Shown piece after piece: positions 25,916 to 34,270 of a DNA stretch of 64,000 nt. Both the position numbers and the translations under genes were made by a program. Every line of letters starts with the position of its first letter. Within the stretch, counting starts at the first letter, position 1. The stretch is from an uncultured Bacteroidales bacterium. GTDB lineage: Bacteria > Bacteroidota > Bacteroidia > Bacteroidales > UBA932. Below the pieces are notes generated by a model. That model was given only the letters and a program-made list of their open reading frames with translations, was not told the origin of the DNA and ran no database searches. The stretch covers positions 21,077-85,076 of the forward strand of contig ONDF01000008.1 in the NCBI GenBank assembly GCA_900316525.1, given 5' to 3'.

Positions 25916-27625
25916 ATGAAAACGATAACCAGAATCTTTGCAACCCTCTGCGTCCTCGGCGCTGCGGCCGCGTGCCAGCAGTACGAGATCGACACGCAGA
26001 TGACTCCCGAAAAGGAGTATGCGAATCTCCGGCTGGTCTGTGACGCGCTGACGACCTACTCGGTGCCGGCTTCCCGTCCGGACAATATCACCTTCAACGT
26101 CAGTTCCAACTCGCCCTGGACGGTCACCCGTTCCGGCGGCGCGGACTGGGTCACCGTCACCCCGGCGTCCAGCTCGGCGTCCAGCCTGGTCTCCGACGTC
26201 GTCGTGAGCTTCGCCGACAACGACAGCGGCGAGGACCGCACCGCGACCCTGACCGTCGCGGCCGAGCGGATCAGCAAGTACTATACGGTCACGATCACCC
26301 AGGCCAAGAAAGGCCGGCTGTTCGTGACGCCGGTCGCCAAGGACTACTCCGCGGCGGGCGGCCCGCTCACCTTCACCATCAACACGAACGTCCCCTGGGA
26401 GGTCCGTTCCGACGTGTCCTGGCTGCACTTCTCCCCGGAGAAGGGCAATCCCGACCCGGACGGCCGCACCCTGACCATCACCGCCACGGCGGATCCTTCC
26501 GACGTGCTGGTGCGCGGGGCCACGGTGACCGTGGTCGCCGGGGATGACGAGGAGTCCTTCGACATCACCCAGACCGGCTCCTGCGAGATCACCGAGATCT
26601 CCGGGGAATTCCCGGGCGCCGGCGGCACCCAGGCCCTCAAGATCCGCACCGACCTCCCCTGGACGGTGAGTTCCGACAAGGACTGGATCACCTTCGACAA
26701 GGAGGAAGGCCAGGGTGACGGCAAGCAGACCATCATCAACGTCACGGCCGCCCCGAACGACGACGCGGCCCGCAAGGCGGTCATCACCATCCGCGTCGCG
26801 GGCGAGGACTACACCTTCGAGGTCCGCCAGACTGGCGCCGCCTTCAACATTGTCCCGCCGGCCGATCCCACCCTGCCGGTCGCGGGCGGCGAGCTCGTGC
26901 TCGAGGTCAACGCCACCAAGTCCTGGGAGCCCCAGACCGACGTGCCCGGCTTCACCGTGGAGAAGGTCGATGACAGCCATTTCAAGGTCGTCGCCGCGAT
27001 GAACAACCTCTTCGCCCCGCGCGTGGGCGCCGTTTCCATCGTCGCGGCCTCCGGCGCGACCGACAGCGTCGAGCTCACCCAGGACACCGCTTTCGATGTC
27101 CAGAACGGCGAGGTGCTCGAGGACGGCTCCGTGAAGCTCTCCGGCGACAAGGGCTCCCGCGTCTATCTGAAGGAAGGCCTTCGTTGCATGACCATCACCC
27201 TGACCATGGGGGACAAGGGCTTCGGCGACGCCGGCCAGCTCTGGGTCCAGGGCGCCATCGGCGGTGTGAACATCTACAACCAGCTGTCCCTCGGCGGCAA
27301 CATCCGCATCCGCACCGACGGCAACATGGCCGACGCGGCGGGCACCAGCGCCTACAAGAGCACCTACTACTCCGTCTCCAAGGCCGAACTGAATGCGATG
27401 GAAACCTTCGAGTACGGCTTCAAGCCCAACGCCGAGGATGCGACCAAGCTGGACATGTGGGTCAAGGTGGACGGCACCGAGAAGATCTCCCACACCGGCA
27501 ACAACCCGTTCTACTACAATCCGGACGTGGTGAACTACTACTTCGGATTCTACAGCACGACCTCCGACGGCAGCTGGTATGTCGTCAAGAGCGCCGACAT
27601 TACCGTCAATGCAGAGGCTTATTAA
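25916..27625 (+). CDS. surface lipoprotein with repeated BACON-like beta-sandwich domains and a C-terminal lectin-like domain (putative SGBP)
   Basis: True start MKTITRIFATLCVLGAAAACQ lies within ORF 25790..27625. Repeated units carry SPWTVTRSGGADWVTVTP, VPWEVRSDVSWLHFSP and LPWTVSSDKDWITFDK. Confidence 0.7.
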   Translation: MKTITRIFATLCVLGAAAACQQYEIDTQMTPEKEYANLRLVCDALTTYSVPASRPDNITFNVSSNSPWTVTRSGGADWVTVTPASSSASSLVSDVVVSFADNDSGEDRTATLTVAAERISKYYTVTITQAKKGRLFVTPVAKDYSAAGGPLTFTINTNVPWEVRSDVSWLHFSPEKGNPDPDGRTLTITATADPSDVLVRGATVTVVAGDDEESFDITQTGSCEITEISGEFPGAGGTQALKIRTDLPWTVSSDKDWITFDKEEGQGDGKQTIINVTAAPNDDAARKAVITIRVAGEDYTFEVRQTGAAFNIVPPADPTLPVAGGELVLEVNATKSWEPQTDVPGFTVEKVDDSHFKVVAAMNNLFAPRVGAVSIVAASGATDSVELTQDTAFDVQNGEVLEDGSVKLSGDKGSRVYLKEGLRCMTITLTMGDKGFGDAGQLWVQGAIGGVNIYNQLSLGGNIRIRTDGNMADAAGTSAYKSTYYSVSKAELNAMETFEYGFKPNAEDATKLDMWVKVDGTEKISHTGNNPFYYNPDVVNYYFGFYSTTSDGSWYVVKSADITVNAEAY

Positions 27626-27637
27626 TCCGTCCGAGCC

Positions 27638-29176
27638 ATGAAAAAGATATTCCTACTCTTCTGCTGCGCCGCAGCCCTCGTCACGGGGCTGGCTACCGGC
27701 TGCAAGCCGAAGGATGAGCAGCCCGTGAAGATCGTGGACCTGCGCTACCGCGCGCAGGACACCTACGACCTGCCGGCGACCGGGGCCAAGGCGTTCACCA
27801 TCCTGGTGGCGTCCACCGACCCCTGGACCGTCACGAGCGAGCACCCGGACTGGTGCATCATCAGCGAGGAGGAGGGTGACGCCTCCGATCGGGACGCGGT
27901 GCACGACGGCAAGGCCGAGGCCACGGTCATCCGCGTGCAGTACTACGACAACACCTTCCTGGACGACCGGGAGGACAAGATCACGATCAAGAGCGACTAC
28001 TGGACGGGCAAGGTGATCACCGTGCGCCAGAAGGGAAGCGCCTTCCTGACCGTCACCGAGGAAGACCTCGACCAGGAGGTCACCAAGGCCGGCGGGGACC
28101 ACTTCATCCACATCAAGTCCAACCAGGACTGGAGTGCCAAGGTCACCGACGGTGACTGGGTGAGCGTCGCGGAAGGAGCGACCGGCCACGGCACGGGCAC
28201 CGTCACGGTGAACGCCGCCGAGAACTCCTCCGAGCTCCGCTACGCCGAGGTCACCGTGTACGACCGCCACGACGTCGCCGCGGCCCTCATCAAGTTCACC
28301 CAGGACGGCGTCCAGCTGGTCCCGCTCTCCACCGAGGTCCGGGCCGGTTACGACCAGGCCGCCGGCGAGGTGGAGGTCCTGTCCAACACCCAGTGGACCG
28401 TCGCCAAGGAGTCCGCGACCGACGACTGGTTCGAGATCCTCACCCCGACGGGCGAAGGCAACGGCAAGATCCAGCTCTCCTTCACCCAGAACGACGGTGA
28501 CGGCCTCCGCAGCGCCGTCATCATCCTGAAGAACGTGGTGGCCCACGAGGGCGACTACGCCGCGACGAAGGAAATCGTGGTGAAGCAGGCCTACAAGATC
28601 ACCCCGGTCCGCGTGATGTTCAACGCCGACGAGCTCGGCTCCTGGTCCTCCGACTGGACCAACGCGCCGTCTTACAACAAGGATCTCGGCGGTACGCTGT
28701 TCAATGCGAAGGCCCGTCTGCACAACAGCAGCAAGCCGTTCGGCAACTACACCTTCCACTGGAGCGCGATCACCCAGAACCCGGCTTCCGAGGCGGGCGT
28801 CCGCGTGCGCCACTGGTTCTGCTTCGACGAGGGCTGCGAGCTCAAGGCCGACATCCGTCCGGCCGATGGCAAGATTGGCTTCGACTTCAACGCCGCCGGC
28901 GACGGCAACAAGCCTTCGATTGACGGCTACACAGCCGTGGATTTCACCCAGCCCATCGAATTTACCTTCAAGTTCGACCCCAGCGGTCCCGAGCACTGCC
29001 ATGTCACCTACCTGGTGAACGGCGTGGAGGCGGGCAGCTTCGACACGTCCGAGAGCCTGCTGCGCTCCGTCAAGTGGGGGACGACCTTCAACGTGTACAT
29101 CGGCGTGGACAACGAGAACTCCGGTTCCGCCGTCCTCGAGTGGTACGAATACACCCCGCCGATGAACTGGGAATAG
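27638..29176 (+). CDS. surface lipoprotein with BACON-like repeats and a C-terminal ConA-like domain (putative SGBP)
   Basis: Lipobox LATGCK. Repeats carry DPWTVTSEHPDWCIISE, QDWSAKVTDGDWVSVAE and TQWTVAKESATDDWFEILTP. Confidence 0.7.
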   Translation: MKKIFLLFCCAAALVTGLATGCKPKDEQPVKIVDLRYRAQDTYDLPATGAKAFTILVASTDPWTVTSEHPDWCIISEEEGDASDRDAVHDGKAEATVIRVQYYDNTFLDDREDKITIKSDYWTGKVITVRQKGSAFLTVTEEDLDQEVTKAGGDHFIHIKSNQDWSAKVTDGDWVSVAEGATGHGTGTVTVNAAENSSELRYAEVTVYDRHDVAAALIKFTQDGVQLVPLSTEVRAGYDQAAGEVEVLSNTQWTVAKESATDDWFEILTPTGEGNGKIQLSFTQNDGDGLRSAVIILKNVVAHEGDYAATKEIVVKQAYKITPVRVMFNADELGSWSSDWTNAPSYNKDLGGTLFNAKARLHNSSKPFGNYTFHWSAITQNPASEAGVRVRHWFCFDEGCELKADIRPADGKIGFDFNAAGDGNKPSIDGYTAVDFTQPIEFTFKFDPSGPEHCHVTYLVNGVEAGSFDTSESLLRSVKWGTTFNVYIGVDNENSGSAVLEWYEYTPPMNWE

Positions 29177-29203
29177 ACAAAGGACCATTAAACGAGAGAA
29201 ATC

Positions 29204-31036
29204 ATGAAAACGATTGAAAGAATAGCGATCCTTTGCGCAGTCCTTCTTCCGCTCTTCTCCTGCCACGAGAAGCCGGTTCCGGTTCCGCCCGAACCGGAAG
29301 GACCCCAGCCCGAGACCCGCACGCTCACCTTCGTCCTTCCCGACGTCACCGTCGGGGAGGGCGAGGAGGTGCCCGCGTCCGTCAAGACCGCCTGGAAGGC
29401 CGGCGACCAGATCGTCGTCCACGGCGAATACGCCAAGGACCAGGTGACCGTGACCCTCGGCGCCGGGGACATCTCCGGCGACGGCAAGACGGCCACCGTC
29501 AAGGTGGACGGCCTGTTCCCTTACAAGCGGGAAGACTGTTCCAGCACCCTGTACGCCTCCTATCCGGCGTCGGTGGCGGACAACCTCAAGCACTGCTTCT
29601 TCTACAGCAAGTTCTCCACGACCCAGCAGCAGATCCTGGCGGCGTGCAACACCGGCGACACCTTCCAGTTCCAGCACATCCTCGGCATCCTGTCGATGAC
29701 CGTGGGCGAGGGCCTGGGCGGCTACACCGTCTCCACGCCCAAGAAGGACGCCCTGGGCTATGAGTTCCTCCAGGTGAAGATCACCGACAACGAACAGTAC
29801 TACAAACAGTATGTGGGCAATCCGATCATCCAGATGGACGGCACCGTCGACGGGAACAGGATCCTGATGTTCCTGCCCGACGAGACGTCCTTCCCGGCCG
29901 GATTCGTCATCAAGTTCAAGGAGGGCGACGACTATACCAAGATCTTCAAGTACACGGAGCCCGTGGAAATCACCCGCGGCGCCATCGTGGACCTCGGGGA
30001 CATCTCCGGCGAGATCCAGCACTACGACAACCCGTTCTCCAAGGACGTCAAGGACCTGGACACCGCGGGCAACGCGAACTGCTACATCATCAACGAGCCC
30101 GGCAGCTACAAGTTCAAGGCGGTCTACGGCAACGAGCCCACGAACTACCTGCAGGACGTGGACGACGCCGTGATCCTCTGGGAGACCTGGAACGACAATT
30201 CCGAGGTCGAGCCGAACAGCGTGCTCGCCCACGCCTCGTTCGCCGAGGACTTCATCATCCTCCGCACCCCCGCGACCCTGCATCCCGGCAACGCGCTCGT
30301 CGCCGCCAAGGACGCCTCCGGCAAGATCCTCTGGAGCTGGCACATCTGGATTCCCGCTACCCCGATCGTCACCGCCAACTTCGGCGGCATCATGGGCGTG
30401 GACCTGATGGACCGTAACCTGGGCGCCCTCGTGGCCGCCGAGGCGGGGGACGCCGAAGTGAGCCCGGCCTCCTACGGCATGATGTACCAGTGGGGCCGCA
30501 AGGACCCGTTCACCGCGGCCGGCACCTTCAAGGGCAGCAGCCCGGCGACGTACGCCGGCGTTCCCGAGGAAGTGGCCCCGGGCCAGATCCTGCTCGAGGA
30601 CGCCATCGCGAACCCGACTCTCCTCGGCCACATCAACAACGGGGACTGGTGCCTCGTCGTGAACAACGAGTTCTGGGCCGATGCCGACAAGACCATCTAC
30701 GACCCGTGCCCTCCGGGCTACCGCGTGCCGAAGAAGAACACGGCCAACCCGTTCTGGAGCGCCGACCTGTCCGCCCAGGCGGGCTGGGGCGTGGACCTCA
30801 CCGCCGGCTGGCTCAAGGTGGGCTCCCCGGACGCGTCCGTGTTCCCGATCGCGGGCTACCGCGACGACTACTCCGTGAACGGTCTCTCCAAGGTGGGCGT
30901 CCGCACCCTGTACTGGACTTCCCAGGCGTCCGACGACGCCAAGGGTCCCGGCGCCGACCTCCGTTCCGACCGGTCCTACACGTTCGGCTCCGCGCCGAAG
31001 GCCCGTCTCGGCTCCGTCCGATGCACCGTCGAATAA
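29204..31036 (+). CDS. lipoprotein: N-terminal beta-rich region + one copy of an Ig-like/FISUMP-like module
   Basis: Lipobox PLFSCH. The C-terminal module (aa ~284-610) has NCYIINEPGSYKFKAVYGNE, ILWSWHIWIP, MDRNLGAL, YQWGRKDPF, DPCPPGYRVP, GYRDDYS and GSVRCTVE. Confidence 0.65.
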   Translation: MKTIERIAILCAVLLPLFSCHEKPVPVPPEPEGPQPETRTLTFVLPDVTVGEGEEVPASVKTAWKAGDQIVVHGEYAKDQVTVTLGAGDISGDGKTATVKVDGLFPYKREDCSSTLYASYPASVADNLKHCFFYSKFSTTQQQILAACNTGDTFQFQHILGILSMTVGEGLGGYTVSTPKKDALGYEFLQVKITDNEQYYKQYVGNPIIQMDGTVDGNRILMFLPDETSFPAGFVIKFKEGDDYTKIFKYTEPVEITRGAIVDLGDISGEIQHYDNPFSKDVKDLDTAGNANCYIINEPGSYKFKAVYGNEPTNYLQDVDDAVILWETWNDNSEVEPNSVLAHASFAEDFIILRTPATLHPGNALVAAKDASGKILWSWHIWIPATPIVTANFGGIMGVDLMDRNLGALVAAEAGDAEVSPASYGMMYQWGRKDPFTAAGTFKGSSPATYAGVPEEVAPGQILLEDAIANPTLLGHINNGDWCLVVNNEFWADADKTIYDPCPPGYRVPKKNTANPFWSADLSAQAGWGVDLTAGWLKVGSPDASVFPIAGYRDDYSVNGLSKVGVRTLYWTSQASDDAKGPGADLRSDRSYTFGSAPKARLGSVRCTVE

Positions 31037-31065
31037 CTTGAAACTAATAATAAATACAGAACCAT

Positions 31066-34000
31066 ATGAAAAAGTTTTTTACGCTCGTTGTGCTGGCGCT
31101 CCTGGCAGTGGGCTGCGCCAAGGAATATGACGACACCGGCGTCCGGGAACTGATCGCCGGCTTGGACCTCCGGGTCAGCGAGCTGGAGGCGAACGTCTCC
31201 GCCCTGCAGTCCGCCCTCGGCGACGGCAAGTTCGTCCGCAAGGTGGAAGAGTACAAGGACCCGGAGACGGGCCGCACCACCGGAATCACCGTCACCTACA
31301 CCGACGGCAACATCGTGCACTTCAACATCGTCCCCGCCGATCCGACGCAGGGCCCCGTGTTCTCCGTGATCCGCAACGGCGCCGGCGAACTGGTCTGGGC
31401 CGTGAACGGACAGGCCGTCAAGATGGACGACGAGGAGATTCCCGTGTACCAGACGCCCGTTTTCTCCATCGATGAGGAGGGCAACCTCTGGGTGGAGGTC
31501 GACGGCAAGAAGACCAACCTCGGACCGGTCAAGAGCGAAGGCGCCACCCTCCAGGACGGCATCTTCACGAACCTCGCCGTCACCGACAAGGCGGTGGTCC
31601 TCACGCTCTCCGACGGCTCCACGGTGAACATCCCGTTCGCCGAGGCCTTCCAGCTGAACATCGAGACCGCCGAATTCACCTTCGGAACCCTGGATCCCAT
31701 CGAGATTCCCTACACCGTGTCCGCCAAGACCGAGGGCACCGTCGTGGGGGTCGCGGGGTACAGCCCCAAGGAGTTCAACGTGGCCGTGGAGGACGGCAAG
31801 ATCGTCGTCACGCCGCTCCGCCTGGATGCCGCGGCCGTGATGATGGCCTATGCCGATTCCAAGGTGGGCCTCGTCTCCGTGGTGAACCTCACCTTCGAGG
31901 CCGAGGGCTTCGAGATCACCGACGAGCCCTACAGCGCCGAATATGACTACCTGGCCGAAGGCGAGGACGCCGTCATCGAGGCCAACGCGGTCTCCAACAT
32001 CGCCTTCGAGGTCAAGCCCGTCGAGGAGTGGATCCACGTCGCCAGCGTCAGAAGCCAGGCGTACACCATCACCCTCAAGCTCGACGACAACAAGACCGGC
32101 GAGATCCGCGAGGGTACCGTGAACATCGTGAAGGCGGGCACCGAGGAGGTGATCCAGACCCTCAAGATCGCCCAGCTCCCGGCCGCCGAAGAAGTGGGCC
32201 CGAAGAACCTCAGCAAGAAGGGCGCGGCCAACAGCTACCTCGTGACCGAGGCCGGCGAGTATAAGTTCTGGGCCGTGAAGGGCAACAGCGGCATCGAGGT
32301 CAATCCCGCCTCCGTGGAGGTCCTCTGGGAGACTTATAACAACGCCGAGGAAGTCGCCGCGAACAGCGTGATTGCCAGCGTGAGCCTCTCCGGCAGCTAC
32401 GTGGTGTTCTCCACCCCCGAGACCCTCAAGCCCGGCAACGCCGTCATCGCGGCGAAGGACGCCGGCGGGGTCATCCTCTGGAGCTGGCACATCTGGGTGC
32501 CCGCGACCGAGGTCGCGACCGCGAACTACGGCATCTATCCCGCGCCGATGATGGACCGCAACCTGGGCGCCCTCGTGGCCGCCCCGGCGGACGCCGCCGC
32601 GCCCGTCGAGTCCTTCGGCCTGACCTACCAGTGGGGCCGCAAGGACCCGTTCCCGGGCCCGAAGGCCGTCAAGAGCGGTGACAACGCCACCGTCGCCGGC
32701 GTCGCGGTGTCCACCAAGCCCGGCAACGGCACCACCGCCGAATCCTGCATGACCGTCGAGGAGACCATCGCCAACCCGACCGTCCTGGGCTTCACCCAGA
32801 ACGGCGACTGGCTCCCGGCCGACCTCGCGGACAACACCCTCTGGCAGAATGAGGTGAAGACGATGTACGACCCGTGCCCTCCGGGATATCGCGTCCCGGC
32901 GAGAGACACCGAGTCCGCCTTCCACAGCTCCGACCTTTCCGCCGCGACCGGCTGGCAGGACAACGCCGCCAACAACTGGTTCGCCCTGGGCGACCCGTTG
33001 GCAGTCTTCCCGTTCGCCGGCTACCGGGACGACTACTCCCCGGGCGGCCTGACGCACGCCTATGACCGCGGCGCCTACTGGACCGCCTACGCTTCCCAGG
33101 CAGCGAAGGCCTACTACGTGAACGTCCGCGCCGGTTCCGCCCACGCCCGGGCCGAGGCCGGCAAGTCCCGCGCCGGTTCCGTCCGCTGCGTGTCCGCGGA
33201 AGAGACCCCCATCCTTCCTCCGGACGAGCCCACCGAGCCGACGGGTTCCGCCGTCGACCTGAGCGAGACCGCCAGCGCCAACAGCTACATCGTGGACAAG
33301 GCCGGCGACTATAAGTTCAAGGCCGTCAAGGGCAACAGCGACGAAGCGGTCGCCCCCGCCACCGTCGAGGTGCTCTGGGAGACCGTGAACACCGCGACCG
33401 CCCCCGAAGCGGGCGCCGTGATCGCCAAGGCCGGTTTTGCCGACGGTTATGTGACGTTCTCCACGCCGGCGACCCTCGTCCCCGGCAACGCCCTCATCGC
33501 GGCGAAGGATGCAGCCGGCACCGTCCTCTGGAGCTGGCACATCTGGATTCCCGCCACGCCCGTGGTGGCCAGCACGTTCGGCGGTGTGGTCGGCGTGCCG
33601 ATGATGGACCGCAACCTGGGCGCCCTCGTGGCCGCCGCGCCGAACGCCAAGCCGGACGGCGCCTCCATCGGGATGCTGTACCAGTGGGGCCGTAAGGACC
33701 CGTTCCCGGGCGTCGCTTCCGTGGACGCTTCCGACCCGTTCGCCACGACCGGCAGCATCGTCCTCGACAGCGAGAAGCAGAACTTCAGCATCGAGGAGTC
33801 CGTCCAGAACCCGACCGTCTATGTGAAGACGGGCAGCGACAGCAACAAGACCTGGGTCGACGTTCCTTCCACCGAGCTCTGGGGCAAGACCAAGACCGTG
33901 TACGACCCGTGCCCTCCGGGATACATCGTTTCCACGCGGGACAAGAGCTGGGCGTTCTGGGGCGGTATGTCCGCCGCGACCGGCTTCAAGGCCGACACGG

Positions 34001-34260
34001 AGAACAAGGTCATCGTCCTCGGCGTCGAACCCGACCCGGCCAACGCCGGGACGACGGGCTATATCGTGCTGCCGATGTGCGGTTACCTGGACCAGGGTTC
34101 CTATGCCAATGTGGGCAAGCGCGCCTACATCTGGAGCTCCTACTCCTCCTCCAGCGAGGCGAACATCGCCTACCAGATCTACATCAACGGTGAGTCCGTG
34201 TCCACCACCGAGCAGCGTATGTCCCGCGGCGGCAACGTCCGTTGCGTCGTGGAGCAGTAA
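31066..34260 (+). CDS. large lipoprotein: coiled-coil-like N-terminus, BACON-like domain, two tandem copies of the Ig-like/FISUMP-like module
   Basis: Lipobox LAVGCA. The modules at aa ~380-710 and ~728-1064 both carry (A)NSY(L/I)V..AG(E/D)YKF.AVKGNS, LWSWHIW(V/I)PAT, MMDRNLGALVAA, YQWGRKDPFPG, YDPCPPGY and G(S/N)VRCV. Confidence 0.65.
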   Translation: MKKFFTLVVLALLAVGCAKEYDDTGVRELIAGLDLRVSELEANVSALQSALGDGKFVRKVEEYKDPETGRTTGITVTYTDGNIVHFNIVPADPTQGPVFSVIRNGAGELVWAVNGQAVKMDDEEIPVYQTPVFSIDEEGNLWVEVDGKKTNLGPVKSEGATLQDGIFTNLAVTDKAVVLTLSDGSTVNIPFAEAFQLNIETAEFTFGTLDPIEIPYTVSAKTEGTVVGVAGYSPKEFNVAVEDGKIVVTPLRLDAAAVMMAYADSKVGLVSVVNLTFEAEGFEITDEPYSAEYDYLAEGEDAVIEANAVSNIAFEVKPVEEWIHVASVRSQAYTITLKLDDNKTGEIREGTVNIVKAGTEEVIQTLKIAQLPAAEEVGPKNLSKKGAANSYLVTEAGEYKFWAVKGNSGIEVNPASVEVLWETYNNAEEVAANSVIASVSLSGSYVVFSTPETLKPGNAVIAAKDAGGVILWSWHIWVPATEVATANYGIYPAPMMDRNLGALVAAPADAAAPVESFGLTYQWGRKDPFPGPKAVKSGDNATVAGVAVSTKPGNGTTAESCMTVEETIANPTVLGFTQNGDWLPADLADNTLWQNEVKTMYDPCPPGYRVPARDTESAFHSSDLSAATGWQDNAANNWFALGDPLAVFPFAGYRDDYSPGGLTHAYDRGAYWTAYASQAAKAYYVNVRAGSAHARAEAGKSRAGSVRCVSAEETPILPPDEPTEPTGSAVDLSETASANSYIVDKAGDYKFKAVKGNSDEAVAPATVEVLWETVNTATAPEAGAVIAKAGFADGYVTFSTPATLVPGNALIAAKDAAGTVLWSWHIWIPATPVVASTFGGVVGVPMMDRNLGALVAAAPNAKPDGASIGMLYQWGRKDPFPGVASVDASDPFATTGSIVLDSEKQNFSIEESVQNPTVYVKTGSDSNKTWVDVPSTELWGKTKTVYDPCPPGYIVSTRDKSWAFWGGMSAATGFKADTENKVIVLGVEPDPANAGTTGYIVLPMCGYLDQGSYANVGKRAYIWSSYSSSSEANIAYQIYINGESVSTTEQRMSRGGNVRCVVEQ

Positions 34261-34270
34261 TTTCCCGGCT

